From sequence record OR455461.1: 64,000 nt of DNA; one strand, given 5' to 3'. A program made the position numbers and the translations under genes. This stretch comes from Staphylococcus phage AH12. The notes under the pieces were generated by a model. The model was not told where the DNA came from, did no database searches, and saw nothing but the letters and a program-made list of their open reading frames with translations. Positions within the stretch are counted from its first letter, which is position 1. Each line of letters begins with the position of its first letter. Shown in pieces: positions 1 through 10,311 of the stretch.

Positions 1-193
1 TTTTCCAGATCCATTATCTCCAAGAAGCATTATCATATTATTTTTACTCTTACTGAAGTCTATTTCAATTTCTTTTAATCCTGTTCCAGCATATATACCT
101 ATAAAGTTAACTAACTTTAATCTTTTAATTTTCATTATCCAAAGTCACTCTCCTAGCTGAATTATAATTTTTCGTTACTATAAATTTTTAATT

Positions 194-922
194 TTATTTA
201 AAATTATCTCTCACTAAATACTTCTCAATAGTTTCTTTATCAGTTATTTCCTTAAATATTCTACCAGAATCAAATTTAAAAAATTCAATTTCTCTATTAT
301 CGAATTTATCATAGTCTTCTAAACTTTTAGTTCCAATTATAGGTGCAAAAGAAGTTTCTTTTATTAAAAATTTTAAATCAGAATACTTAGACATTAAATT
401 TAAAGTATTGAAAATTGCACTATTCATATCAGATAAATTAAACTTCATATCATTATTATTTTTAAGATTTTCATTTTTAAGATCTGAAAAGAAAATATCA
501 TAATCACTTATTGTTGGAACATACTCCATTTTTATTAAATTATCTTTGTCTAAGATATTTCCTGATATAGATCTAAAAAATGGATTATATTTATTAGGAT
601 AATCTCCAATATTAAATACTAAAGTTAAGTAGCTAACATCATTTTTATTCATTTCAAATCTCCCAGCGATATTAATATAATCAATTGATTCTTCATTTTT
701 GCTTTTTATTGAATAATATAATCTAGGAAATATTTTACTAAAATCTATGGTAAAAGATTCCCCGTTTTCATCATAACTTACATATTCATAAAAATCAGTT
801 TTTACTTGTAAACTAGCAAGCAAATAATTGAAAAATACATCATTATTTACTTGCTCTGAATTTACATTATTTATTTCAACTAATTTATCACTTAATTTTG
901 TTACAAAATATTTTTTACCCAT
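194..922 (-). CDS. hypothetical protein; member of tandem paralog family with conserved C-terminal tag (..EITDKETIEKYLVRDNFK)
   Basis: 242-aa ORF. Tight spacing to the next ORF. C-terminal motif shared with about 15 other ORFs in the window. Confidence 0.6.
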   Translation of the reverse strand: MGKKYFVTKLSDKLVEINNVNSEQVNNDVFFNYLLASLQVKTDFYEYVSYDENGESFTIDFSKIFPRLYYSIKSKNEESIDYINIAGRFEMNKNDVSYLTLVFNIGDYPNKYNPFFRSISGNILDKDNLIKMEYVPTISDYDIFFSDLKNENLKNNNDMKFNLSDMNSAIFNTLNLMSKYSDLKFLIKETSFAPIIGTKSLEDYDKFDNREIEFFKFDSGRIFKEITDKETIEKYLVRDNFK

Positions 923-938
923 ATTAGATTCCTCCTTT

Positions 939-1721
939 TTATTTAAAATTATCTCTTACTAAATATTCTTTAATAACTTTTTCATCAGTAATCTCTTCAA
1001 ATACTCCAGATATTTTATACTCGTCAAATAAATTATAGTATTCATCATCTATATCATCATTATCTCTTTTATCATTCTCCGGTATGTGCGAGAAACAACC
1101 ATCTGATACAAAGAATTCTATATTAAAATGATCTCTAATTTGTGATAAAAGTTCCAATATAGAACTATTTACTTCAACTAATATTTGGTATAAATCTTTA
1201 TTATTTCTAAAATTATTTTCTGCACTATTATTAAAATCTGATATTAAATTTTCCATACTATTTATATAAAATCTAAAAGGTATTTTTAAAGAATTGGATT
1301 CATCTAATATATTGCCAATAGCATTATTAAAAAGTATCGAATTTATACTTGAAGAGTATGGATTTTCAATTCTAACTTTTAAATAGTTCTCATTTTCTAT
1401 TGATTCGTTGAAAATAATATCAAAATCAATAATAAGTATATTCGTTGTCTTTTTATTATTAACATTATATTTGATAACTGGAAAAATATATCCAGTCGAT
1501 ATAATCCCTGACCATAAATTCTCTCCATTATCATCTTTACCAACAATCTCTTCAGAAAGTATATTTATTTCTTCATTACTTTTTACTTGTAAATTAGAAA
1601 GTAATTGAGGTAGATATAAATAATCTTCATTTATATTATATCTGTATAAGTTAGTAACTTCAAATAAATCATCTGTCATTTTACTTAAAAAATATTTTTT
1701 ATGGCTTTTATTTATACTCAT
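939..1721 (-). CDS. hypothetical protein; C-terminal-tag paralog family (..EEITDEKVIKEYLVRDNFK)
   Basis: 260-aa ORF. RBS-like AAAGGAGG upstream. Conserved 3' coding end and downstream sequence. Confidence 0.6.
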   Translation of the reverse strand: MSINKSHKKYFLSKMTDDLFEVTNLYRYNINEDYLYLPQLLSNLQVKSNEEINILSEEIVGKDDNGENLWSGIISTGYIFPVIKYNVNNKKTTNILIIDFDIIFNESIENENYLKVRIENPYSSSINSILFNNAIGNILDESNSLKIPFRFYINSMENLISDFNNSAENNFRNNKDLYQILVEVNSSILELLSQIRDHFNIEFFVSDGCFSHIPENDKRDNDDIDDEYYNLFDEYKISGVFEEITDEKVIKEYLVRDNFK

Positions 1722-1737
1722 TACATTGATCTCCTTT

Positions 1738-2481
1738 TTATTTAAAATTATTTTTCACTAAATATTCTTTAATAACTTTTTCATCTGTAACCTCTTCAAA
1801 TAATCCAGAATCATTAAGTAGAAAATTATAATCAAATATAGGAAATAATGTATCTTCTTGTTCTTCCATTTTTGTATATATTCTTGTCATAAAATATGAT
1901 AACTCTGATTTTTTAACATTTAATTTTAAATCTCCATATTCCATTAAATCCATCAGATAATTTAAAAGAGTTCTATTAAATTCTTTGACCAACAATTCTA
2001 TTTCTCCAAAATTTAAAATATAATCTTTATCATCTAGATTAACAAAATTTTCACTAGTATGTCTTATATCATCAGTTAAAATTAAAAGTTTTTTATTCAT
2101 ATTATTTTCTATTTTGTCATGAAAAGATCCCTCTGGAAAATCTTTTTTAAATACTCCTCCATCTAAAATAGAATTAAATTGTAAATTAAAATTCGTATTG
2201 TAATTTAATAAATCTCTTACATAATCTTTACTTGATATTCTAGAATTTTGTTTGATTTTAACTACTTTATCATTAAAAAGAGAATAATCTAAAAAAAGCT
2301 CAGATTGATAAATAAAGTTTCTTGGTCTATTAAGCATTTTTTCATTTTTATAAATATATTCCATTTGCATTTTAGTAAATATTTCAGTCAATATATCTCT
2401 ACTTAAATCAGTTCTATCAATATTAAAGTGAAGTATTTTTCCATCTATTTTATATCTATAATAATTATTATATTCCATCAT
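1738..2481 (-). CDS. hypothetical protein; C-terminal-tag paralog family (..EEVTDEKVIKEYLVKNNFK)
   Basis: 247-aa ORF. Start overlaps the stop of the upstream gene by 4 nt. Confidence 0.6.
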   Translation of the reverse strand: MMEYNNYYRYKIDGKILHFNIDRTDLSRDILTEIFTKMQMEYIYKNEKMLNRPRNFIYQSELFLDYSLFNDKVVKIKQNSRISSKDYVRDLLNYNTNFNLQFNSILDGGVFKKDFPEGSFHDKIENNMNKKLLILTDDIRHTSENFVNLDDKDYILNFGEIELLVKEFNRTLLNYLMDLMEYGDLKLNVKKSELSYFMTRIYTKMEEQEDTLFPIFDYNFLLNDSGLFEEVTDEKVIKEYLVKNNFK

Positions 2482-3299
2482 GAAAATCCTTTCTTGACTT
2501 TAAAATTTTTAATATCTTTTTCATCTGTTAATTCTTTGAATAAATCATTTTCATCAACATCAACTAAATCCAATATACTAATTAAATTAGGTCCTATGTT
2601 ATTACTGATATTAATAAAGAATTCTATATTATCTTCATACATATATTTAATTTCATAAAGAGTCATTAGTACACTAACATTATTTTGATATATTAAAATA
2701 AAGAAGAAATCTTTAAATTTTTCTATAAAATTCTTACTATAAGCCTCAATTGATGGTCCCATAAATAATGGATCGTGTTTAAGTGTATTTTCATATTTTA
2801 TATAATTAAAACTTTCTTCAAAAGATTCAAAGTGTACAAATGTACCTTCTAATCCTTTATTTATTCCTTCATTAACTAGACCATTATTATCCATCAAGTT
2901 ATCTGTAATATTATTAAAATATTTTTTAGATATTAAATTATCAAATTTAAAATGTAAGTTAAATTTTCCAATATCCATTTTATCAATTCCTCTAATGTTA
3001 TAATCAATGGAAAAATTACTATTAATTTTTTTAAGTGTATCACTTTTATTACGTGAATCTTTAAAATATATATCTTTATTAAATTTAATATCAGTAAATT
3101 TTATCGATTCATCATTCAATTCTTCTTTCTTCATTTTAATATCATCTATGAAATATTTAGAAAGATGTATATTACTTAATATATTTCTAAGATCTATATG
3201 TGTTAAAATATACGCAATATATTCATATCTATTAATGTAATTTTTTTTATTAATTTCAATTAATTCATCTTCCTTTTTATCTATAAAATATTTTGTCAT
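2478..3299 (-). CDS. hypothetical protein; C-terminal-tag paralog family (..KELTDEKDIKNFKVKKGFS)
   Basis: 273-aa ORF. Confidence 0.55.
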   Translation of the reverse strand: MTKYFIDKKEDELIEINKKNYINRYEYIAYILTHIDLRNILSNIHLSKYFIDDIKMKKEELNDESIKFTDIKFNKDIYFKDSRNKSDTLKKINSNFSIDYNIRGIDKMDIGKFNLHFKFDNLISKKYFNNITDNLMDNNGLVNEGINKGLEGTFVHFESFEESFNYIKYENTLKHDPLFMGPSIEAYSKNFIEKFKDFFFILIYQNNVSVLMTLYEIKYMYEDNIEFFINISNNIGPNLISILDLVDVDENDLFKELTDEKDIKNFKVKKGFS

Positions 3300-3335
3300 T
3301 ATCTATTTCATCTCCTAATTTATATCTATATTTCA

Positions 3336-4115
3336 TTATGAAAATCCTTTCTTGACTTTAAAATTTTTAATCTCTTTATCATCAGTTATTTCTCTAAAAT
3401 ATACATTTGCATCAAAATCATTTAAACTAATATACTTATCATATTCTTTTTCAAAACTAAAACCTTTTTCTTTTACCTTTTCATTAACGCTAAAATCCCA
3501 ATCCGGTGCAATAAGAAATTCAATATCTGAATGATCTTGTATCTGATCCAGTAATTCAAAGATTAATTTATTTGTTTCATTAAATATATCATATAAATCA
3601 TCTCTGAGTTCTACAGCTCTTTTTCCTTTTCGTATATGACTTTTATAGTATTTTAAAAATCGAGACATAGTTTCTTCATTAAATTTATGAGGTAAATACA
3701 TTTCACCATTATTATCAAATATACCGGATCTTTTACTAAATAATCTTTTACCTATCTCACTATTATTATATACAGGGAAAGCTCTAAAATTAATATAGTT
3801 ATCGTCTTCTTCTTTTAAACTAAAACGTATTGTAGAGTAGAAGAGAAGTTCCATTTTGTTTGTTTTACCTTTATATTTATATTTTACTGTAGGGAAAGAA
3901 TTAAAAAATAATCTAATACCAAATAAACCATCGTCATCATTATATTCTTCATGAGTTATGAAAAATTTTTTATTATACTTTAACTGCATTTCAGCGAATA
4001 ATTTGCTTAAAACTTTCCATTTAAAGTCAAAATATTTTGTTTCATTTTCATTGAAAGTTAATTCGATAAATTCTTTTTCAGATTTACTAGTGTAGTATTT
4101 GTTAATTTTTTCCAT
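3336..4115 (-). CDS. hypothetical protein; C-terminal-tag paralog family (..REITDDKEIKNFKVKKGFS)
   Basis: 259-aa ORF. Confidence 0.55.
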   Translation of the reverse strand: MEKINKYYTSKSEKEFIELTFNENETKYFDFKWKVLSKLFAEMQLKYNKKFFITHEEYNDDDGLFGIRLFFNSFPTVKYKYKGKTNKMELLFYSTIRFSLKEEDDNYINFRAFPVYNNSEIGKRLFSKRSGIFDNNGEMYLPHKFNEETMSRFLKYYKSHIRKGKRAVELRDDLYDIFNETNKLIFELLDQIQDHSDIEFLIAPDWDFSVNEKVKEKGFSFEKEYDKYISLNDFDANVYFREITDDKEIKNFKVKKGFS

Positions 4116-4141
4116 TTATTTAACTCCTTTTATTATAATAA

Positions 4142-4169
4142 TCCCAATACTAAATTAATAGTATTGGGA
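4142..4169. terminator. hairpin terminator TCCCAATAC-loop-GTATTGGGA
   Basis: Perfect 9-bp inverted repeat with flanking T/A runs. Same stem sequence recurs at 19047..19080. Confidence 0.5.
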
Positions 4170-4195
4170 TAACTTTTTAATAATATATATTTATT

Positions 4196-4597
4196 CTAAT
4201 CTTCAGAATTAGGTGATACTTGTCCATTTTCCATTTCTTCACGTTGTTCTTTAAGTCTGTCGAGAACTTCTTTTTCTTCTTTATTTTGAGTTAATTCTGG
4301 TTCAATTAATAATTCTTTTTCTTTCATATCTTCTAATATACTTAAACCTTTTTGAACTTCTGGCGATTCATTAGAAGGATTAAATCTATTGTGTTTATTA
4401 TCATAGTAATTTAATTTAACTAGGTCTGAATTAGTTTCAATAACTACTTCAGCTTCTATGAATAAAATATCATTTGGATCAGTCACACGCTTTCTATATA
4501 CTAAAGCTTTAGTATAAGAATCTTTTCTAAAACCATAATCTCTTAATAGTTGTTTAATATTTTCTTTATTACTATTTAATCTATATTCTGATAACAT
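4196..4597 (-). CDS. hypothetical protein with acidic C-terminus
   Basis: 133-aa ORF followed by the hairpin terminator at 4142..4169. Confidence 0.5.
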   Translation of the reverse strand: MLSEYRLNSNKENIKQLLRDYGFRKDSYTKALVYRKRVTDPNDILFIEAEVVIETNSDLVKLNYYDNKHNRFNPSNESPEVQKGLSILEDMKEKELLIEPELTQNKEEKEVLDRLKEQREEMENGQVSPNSED

Positions 4598-4610
4598 TAT
4601 AAATCACTCC

Positions 4611-4736
4611 TTAATTGTTTTTACTAAATTCATGAACTTCATTAAGATGCTCATGGTCTTGATAACTAAATTTAAATTCATATAGTTTCTTTTCAAATCT
4701 TTTTCTAGTTAATAATTCGTATAATCTTTTTAACAT
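4611..4736 (-). CDS. small hypothetical protein (41 aa, MLKRLYELLTRKRFEKK...)
   Basis: Short ORF not in the supplied track. Preceded by AAGGAGATG plus 8 nt then ATG. Confidence 0.3.
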   Translation of the reverse strand: MLKRLYELLTRKRFEKKLYEFKFSYQDHEHLNEVHEFSKNN

Positions 4737-4760
4737 ATCTAATTCATCTCCTTATTAATT

Positions 4761-5171
4761 TTAAAATGACGCATCTATTATTAAATAAAAATCATGCTTA
4801 TTGCTTTCTAAATAGTATCTATTTTGAAATATTTCTAACATTAATTTGTAGTATTTTGTTAGATCATTATCAAAATTATCTTCTTTTAATTCTTTTTTCA
4901 TTAATTCTTTTAAATTTGATTCTGAAATTACTTGAACATCATAACCTTCATCATCTTTAAAAATAGTTGAATTTTCACTTAAAACTTTAAATAATTCATG
5001 TGGTTTATATAATTCTAATTCAAATAAGTGATTTTTCTTATTTATATATCTTTTATTTTTAATATACCAATCTAAATTTCTTTGATGACTTTTATTTATT
5101 CCATATATACTAAGTTCCATACCCATAAATAATACATCTCCTATATAATAAATACCCATAATATATTGCAT
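4761..5171 (-). CDS. hypothetical protein
   Basis: 136-aa ORF. Exact start uncertain, several in-frame Met codons. Confidence 0.45.
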   Translation of the reverse strand: MQYIMGIYYIGDVLFMGMELSIYGINKSHQRNLDWYIKNKRYINKKNHLFELELYKPHELFKVLSENSTIFKDDEGYDVQVISESNLKELMKKELKEDNFDNDLTKYYKLMLEIFQNRYYLESNKHDFYLIIDASF

Positions 5172-5194
5172 TAATATATTATGGGTAAAATAAT

Positions 5195-5980
5195 TTAAAA
5201 TTCTGCTTTTTGATAGATGTTACCAAATTCATCTTTAACTATTTCATCATTACCTTCAATATCTTCAAAGATAAGATCTCTAGTCATAGCAAATAATTCT
5301 GGATATTCATCTTCAAGTTCATCTTCTTCAATGATATTCATTTCTTTATCGGCAATTACTAACTCATATTCATCTAAATTATCACCTAATACAAAGAATT
5401 TCAATGTGTCTTTATATACTTTTAAAATAGATGATAAGTCTTGATGTTTAAGTTCATTAACCTCTTTTTGTAATTCTTCTCTTTTTTCAATTTCTTTTTC
5501 ATCTTCATCTATATTTTTATTTAGATTTTCTAAAGTTTGATCTAATTTATCTTTCAAATCTTCTTCTTCTTCAGTAGTATCTTCTTCATTTTCTGTCATA
5601 CTGTTCAATATATCTTTATTAGACATAGTATTAAGCTGACTAAGTACATTTTTAGCAAGAACTTTATAATTATCTTCAGATTCATCATCTTCAACCATTT
5701 TCTGAGCTTTCATAGTTAAGTCAATAATATCTTTTTTAACATTTTTCATTTGCATAATAGTGTCTTTAATTTCTTTTTCTACACTAATAATGTTAGCTTC
5801 CATATTAGATACAAATGTATGTTTAGGATATTTCAGATTCTTAGTCAGATCTCTAATTCTTTCTTCTAATTGAATTTCTTTACGTTCCATTTTAGATTTA
5901 AATCCAACTAGCATTTTATATTCTTCCATCATATCATTAATTTGTGAAATTAAATCAATTTCATTATTTTCATTAGACAT
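5195..5980 (-). CDS. hypothetical acidic coiled-coil protein
   Basis: 261-aa ORF, Glu/Lys/Asp-rich heptad-like sequence. Confidence 0.55.
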   Translation of the reverse strand: MSNENNEIDLISQINDMMEEYKMLVGFKSKMERKEIQLEERIRDLTKNLKYPKHTFVSNMEANIISVEKEIKDTIMQMKNVKKDIIDLTMKAQKMVEDDESEDNYKVLAKNVLSQLNTMSNKDILNSMTENEEDTTEEEEDLKDKLDQTLENLNKNIDEDEKEIEKREELQKEVNELKHQDLSSILKVYKDTLKFFVLGDNLDEYELVIADKEMNIIEEDELEDEYPELFAMTRDLIFEDIEGNDEIVKDEFGNIYQKAEF

Positions 5981-6026
5981 TTATTTAATCACTTCTTTCA
6001 TATATTATAAAAGTAAGTTAATTAAA

Positions 6027-6713
6027 TTACTTAAAGTTTTTATTTACTAAATAGTTTTTAATTTCTTTCTCATCTTTAACTTCAATAAATTTCTTATTGA
6101 AATTTAATATATTATAATCATCTAATGTCCCATCTTTATATTTAGAGAAATCTTCTAGTTTTATTTTATTCTTATTTTCTTCAAATTCTTCTAGAATTTC
6201 TTCATTAATTATATATAAATCAATATCATCATTTTCAATTTCTTTTAATATCGCTTCAAACATTTCACTAAAGAAAATCTGATCGTCTTCTTTATGAGTG
6301 TATTCAAATTTAGGATAATTTTCATATTCAAATAATTTCCGGTTATAAAATAAGTTTCTTACTTTTGTGAAATTTCCAACGCTTTCAAATTTATTAAGAG
6401 TTGCAGCAGTAGGTACAAGTTTAATATCAATTATAGCTTCATGATTAAGCTTCAACCGAATAATCAATTCTATTTCTTTTATTCTATACATGATATTATT
6501 GTGATTAATTACAATGAACTTTCTAGTCATTCCTTGATGCCTTAATATATAGTCTCCTTCTGTATATTTCTCATGCTTCACTAAGTATAGATTATCATCT
6601 ACATAGTTAATGAATGAAAAAGCTCTAATATATTTTTCTATCCCATCTTTTGCTTCTACATATTTTCCATTATCTTTATTTTTGTATAATTTGAAATCAT
6701 ACATATCATTCAA
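6027..6713 (-). CDS. hypothetical protein; C-terminal-tag paralog family (..EVKDEKEIKNYLVNKNFK)
   Basis: 228-aa ORF. Confidence 0.55.
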   Translation of the reverse strand: MNDMYDFKLYKNKDNGKYVEAKDGIEKYIRAFSFINYVDDNLYLVKHEKYTEGDYILRHQGMTRKFIVINHNNIMYRIKEIELIIRLKLNHEAIIDIKLVPTAATLNKFESVGNFTKVRNLFYNRKLFEYENYPKFEYTHKEDDQIFFSEMFEAILKEIENDDIDLYIINEEILEEFEENKNKIKLEDFSKYKDGTLDDYNILNFNKKFIEVKDEKEIKNYLVNKNFK

Positions 6714-7323
6714 ACCCTTTCTTGACTAAGTAATTTTTAATTTCCTTTTCATCCGTTACTTCTTCAAATAGTTCATCTATATTACTTAAATCATAGATTT
6801 CTTTTATATTATCTTTACTTATTTTGTAATCATGAATATTATCTTTATCATTTAATGAAAATACATTGAATATAGAACCATTTTTATTAAATATATCTCT
6901 AGTCAAGTATTCTTTAGCTTTGTCTATTAAAGTTTTTCCTTCAGTATATATTTCTCCATCATTAAAATAAAATTTACTTTCACCTTCTTCAGATACAAAA
7001 GGTCCTATTTCACAGTGAACTTCTTTTTTTGAAAACTTTGGAATATTCAATACAAAACTAAATTCATATTGACCGTCATTTTTATCTACGAAAAGATCAA
7101 ATTCATTTACATAAAAAAGATTATTCATATCATAACCGAATCTTAGAATTAGACCATCCATAGAATTTATCCACAGACGAACATTTTCAACATCATAACC
7201 AGTACAGCCCGGATGTTTGAAAAATTGATCAAAAGATATATCAAATAATTCTTTTCTAGAAAGACTCTTTTCATTAATGAAACTATATTCTAGGATGTCA
7301 GACACATATAATGTTTTATTCAT
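6706..7323 (-). CDS. hypothetical protein; C-terminal-tag paralog family (..EEVTDEKEIKNYLVKKGFE)
   Basis: 205-aa ORF. Confidence 0.55.
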   Translation of the reverse strand: MNKTLYVSDILEYSFINEKSLSRKELFDISFDQFFKHPGCTGYDVENVRLWINSMDGLILRFGYDMNNLFYVNEFDLFVDKNDGQYEFSFVLNIPKFSKKEVHCEIGPFVSEEGESKFYFNDGEIYTEGKTLIDKAKEYLTRDIFNKNGSIFNVFSLNDKDNIHDYKISKDNIKEIYDLSNIDELFEEVTDEKEIKNYLVKKGFE

Positions 7324-7341
7324 TTTAATTACCTTCTTTCA

Positions 7342-7887
7342 TCATTTAAAATTTTTCTCTACTAAATATTTTTTAATTTCTTTTTCATCTTTAATTTCAT
7401 CAAAGCATTCTAATATACCGCTAATATCTCTTTCAATCCCATCAATAATTATTTTTAATTCAATTCTATCATTCTTAATAATATAATCAGAAGCATTAAC
7501 AACGGATTGAATTAAATCTCCTTTATCAGTTTCATAATTATCAAGAAGAATATATGTGTATAATCTAGTATTAACATTGTATTCTCTTAATTTAAATAGA
7601 TCTAATGGTAATCTAATTCTAGAATATACCAATATGCTATTATTGTCTCCATGCGTTATTGATAAAGGACCTTTTAAATAACCATCTATTTTCATGTATA
7701 CATTTGATAAATAATCATAAATACTAATATCATCAGAATCACTTCTTATATAAACATTAGTAAATAATATTAATAAAGATAAACCTAACACACGATCATT
7801 TTCTATATTATTATGATTAAATTGTATTATTTTATGATGTTTACTTTTTCTTAAAAATCTAGAGTTTTTTAAATCCATATATTTCAC
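7342..7887 (-). CDS. hypothetical protein; C-terminal-tag paralog family (..DEIKDEKEIKKYLVEKNFK)
   Basis: 181-aa ORF. Confidence 0.55.
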   Translation of the reverse strand: MKYMDLKNSRFLRKSKHHKIIQFNHNNIENDRVLGLSLLILFTNVYIRSDSDDISIYDYLSNVYMKIDGYLKGPLSITHGDNNSILVYSRIRLPLDLFKLREYNVNTRLYTYILLDNYETDKGDLIQSVVNASDYIIKNDRIELKIIIDGIERDISGILECFDEIKDEKEIKKYLVEKNFK

Positions 7888-7893
7888 TTCTCT

Positions 7894-8535
7894 CTACTTA
7901 AAATTTTCTTTAACTAAGTATTGTTTAATTTCTTTTTCACTTTCTAATTTTTCTAAGACCTTGTATATTTCATCGAGTGTATATTCTTCTAAAATTAAAT
8001 CTTTCTTAAATTCTCGACTTGTCATAAAATCAATATCATCCTCTACAGAATCAACTGTATATATTATTAAATTTGTTTCTTTTTTACTACTAAAGAGATC
8101 AATTATATTTGAAATTAATTCATGTTCCAAATTATCTCTATTTTTAATTTGAATTTTAGCTGTATATGAAAATACTTGACTACTAATTGAACTTTTAAAA
8201 GGTCCTATATTCTTGTATCCATTTTCATTTTTATCTAATAATGAAAATACAAAATATAATTCAAAATAATTATTATTGCACGTGTCTGTTATATCTATAT
8301 AAGAATTCTTAGTTCTGTAATAAGTATTTTTATCCCTTATCAAAATACTATTGGTTTTTAATGAAAATAAACCAATTTCATCTATTTTTTTCTTAACGTT
8401 ATTAAAATTAAATAATTCTTTGAATAGATTAACATTTAATTCATCTTTAGTAACATCTTTATTAGTTACTATTATTTGCCCTCTACTATCAACTTTATAG
8501 AATTCATGATTATTTATATATTCATTATTATCCAT
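7894..8535 (-). CDS. hypothetical protein; C-terminal-tag paralog family (..ESEKEIKQYLVKENFK)
   Basis: 213-aa ORF. Confidence 0.55.
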   Translation of the reverse strand: MDNNEYINNHEFYKVDSRGQIIVTNKDVTKDELNVNLFKELFNFNNVKKKIDEIGLFSLKTNSILIRDKNTYYRTKNSYIDITDTCNNNYFELYFVFSLLDKNENGYKNIGPFKSSISSQVFSYTAKIQIKNRDNLEHELISNIIDLFSSKKETNLIIYTVDSVEDDIDFMTSREFKKDLILEEYTLDEIYKVLEKLESEKEIKQYLVKENFK

Positions 8536-8569
8536 ATTAACTTCATCTCCTCTATTTAAAATATTATTA

Positions 8570-8600
8570 GAGATAATGAATTATTATAATCCATTATCTC
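8570..8600 (-). terminator. hairpin GAGATAATG..CATTATCTC
   Basis: 9-bp inverted repeat in intergenic gap. Confidence 0.35.
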
Positions 8601-8629
8601 ATTTTTATAATATATATTTAATACATATT

Positions 8630-9301
8630 TCACCTAAATCCTTCTTTAACTAAGTAATTCTTGAATTCTTTATCAGTAGCAGTTCTAAATAAATCTTTAT
8701 TGTGTAAATTAATATCTTTTAAACTATAATATGATCCATCAATTAAAAACTGTAGGTCTTCATATTTATTCAATTCACTTATCATCTTGATGAATTGTTT
8801 TTGAAACTTCTCAAGTGATAAGTGAAATTTAGGACATCTTTCACTAATACTATTCAAAGCAACGCCTTCATTTTTGGTTAGTTTAATTGTATTAAGTTTA
8901 CTATTTATACTTGTACCCATCTTCATCATATTATACTCATACAACATTTCATCTTTTAGATAACTATTATCTTTCTCTTTACTTATTAATTTTAATTCAG
9001 TTTTTACAAATGATATTCCAGCAAAACTAGTTGATCCTGAATCCATATTTTGATAATAAGACAACTTCATATTCTTATAATCATTAAACCCTCTTAATTT
9101 CAGTTTACATTCAACTGTAAATTGCAATACATTTTCATAATCAGGATTAGCGTTATCAGTTAATAATTTTATCATATTGATAGTATCTACTCTTTCAATA
9201 TAATCTCTATCATTATCATATCTATCTTTATTTATTTTCATGAAACGATTATCTTCCAAATCTTTATTTATTATATATAAATCAAAATCATAACCTTCCA
9301 T
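8630..9301 (-). CDS. hypothetical protein; C-terminal-tag paralog family (..TDKEFKNYLVKEGFR)
   Basis: ORF 8630..9397 trimmed to the Met (MEGYDFD) that follows AAGGAGG. This removes the overlap with the upstream gene. Confidence 0.5.
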   Translation of the reverse strand: MEGYDFDLYIINKDLEDNRFMKINKDRYDNDRDYIERVDTINMIKLLTDNANPDYENVLQFTVECKLKLRGFNDYKNMKLSYYQNMDSGSTSFAGISFVKTELKLISKEKDNSYLKDEMLYEYNMMKMGTSINSKLNTIKLTKNEGVALNSISERCPKFHLSLEKFQKQFIKMISELNKYEDLQFLIDGSYYSLKDINLHNKDLFRTATDKEFKNYLVKEGFR

Positions 9302-9314
9302 TAACAATTCCTCC

Positions 9315-9800
9315 TTATTTAAAATGATTTCTAACTTTAAAATCTTTAACTTCTTTACAATCTTCTGAGATAATTTCAAATATATCTTCATTATCAAAAT
9401 TGAATTTTTCTAATGGAATATTATAATATTTCATATTTATATCTATCGTATCACATATTCTTTTATAAAATAAATAATAAAGATCAACTGAAGAGTCTGA
9501 TATGACAAGATTTTGATTTGTTAAATTTATATTTTTAGGTATAAAAGGGGCACTATTAAAGTCCCAATTAATATGTGTAGCTAAATTATGATTAGTAAAA
9601 TCGTAAATTAAGAAAAAATCTAGTTTTATATTACCTTCTTCTTCATCATATAATTCAATCTTTTTACCATCAGATTTATAAAAAGAAAAATTTTCTTTTT
9701 TAAATTCATTATTGAATACATAATAGAAAGCATCGTCTTTTCTATGAATATCATTAACTTCATATATTTCATTATTTACTTTATCTTTGTAATATATCAT
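9315..9800 (-). CDS. hypothetical protein; tandem duplicate of 9818..10297, short version of family tag (..VKDFKVRNHFK)
   Basis: 161-aa ORF. Its first ~30 aa and the underlying DNA are nearly identical to the neighbour. Confidence 0.55.
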   Translation of the reverse strand: MIYYKDKVNNEIYEVNDIHRKDDAFYYVFNNEFKKENFSFYKSDGKKIELYDEEEGNIKLDFFLIYDFTNHNLATHINWDFNSAPFIPKNINLTNQNLVISDSSVDLYYLFYKRICDTIDINMKYYNIPLEKFNFDNEDIFEIISEDCKEVKDFKVRNHFK

Positions 9801-9817
9801 TATCTATTTCAGCTCCA

Positions 9818-10297
9818 TTATTTAAATGTATTTCTAACTTTAAAATCTTTTACTTCTTGACTATTTTCATCCAATATTTCAAATATATCTGTATTACTAA
9901 ATTTAAAATCTTTTAATTTGACATAGTACTTTGATAATTTTTGATCTATCTCACATATATTTTTATATATTAAATAATAGAGATCCTCAGCAGAATCACT
10001 TGAAATAAAATTTTGACTCATTAAATTAAGTTGATGGCCCATTAAAGGTACATCTTTATTCCATGAAGGAATTAATGTCGTTTCATAATTAATAAAATTA
10101 TAACGAATATCAAATCTATATTTTAAAAATCCATACTCTTCATCTATAAATTCTACTATTTTGCTACTAGAAAAATACATATCCTCAAATGTTGGTAAAA
10201 ATTCGTTTCCAAATACATAATAGAATGCATCATCACTTCTATGAATATCATTAACTTCATATATTTCGTTATTTACTTTATCTTTGTAATATATCAT
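9818..10297 (-). CDS. hypothetical protein; tandem duplicate of 9315..9800 (..VKDFKVRNTFK)
   Basis: 159-aa ORF. Confidence 0.55.
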   Translation of the reverse strand: MIYYKDKVNNEIYEVNDIHRSDDAFYYVFGNEFLPTFEDMYFSSSKIVEFIDEEYGFLKYRFDIRYNFINYETTLIPSWNKDVPLMGHQLNLMSQNFISSDSAEDLYYLIYKNICEIDQKLSKYYVKLKDFKFSNTDIFEILDENSQEVKDFKVRNTFK

Positions 10298-10311
10298 CTA
10301 TTTACCCTTCC

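Noticed and set aside
1408-1608. Short plus-strand ORFs within the minus-strand paralog array (1408, 2428, 3007, 3352, 4766, 5217, 7277, 7961)
   Set aside because: They are embedded antisense in longer ORFs with hydrophobic low-complexity translations typical of AT-rich antisense frames.
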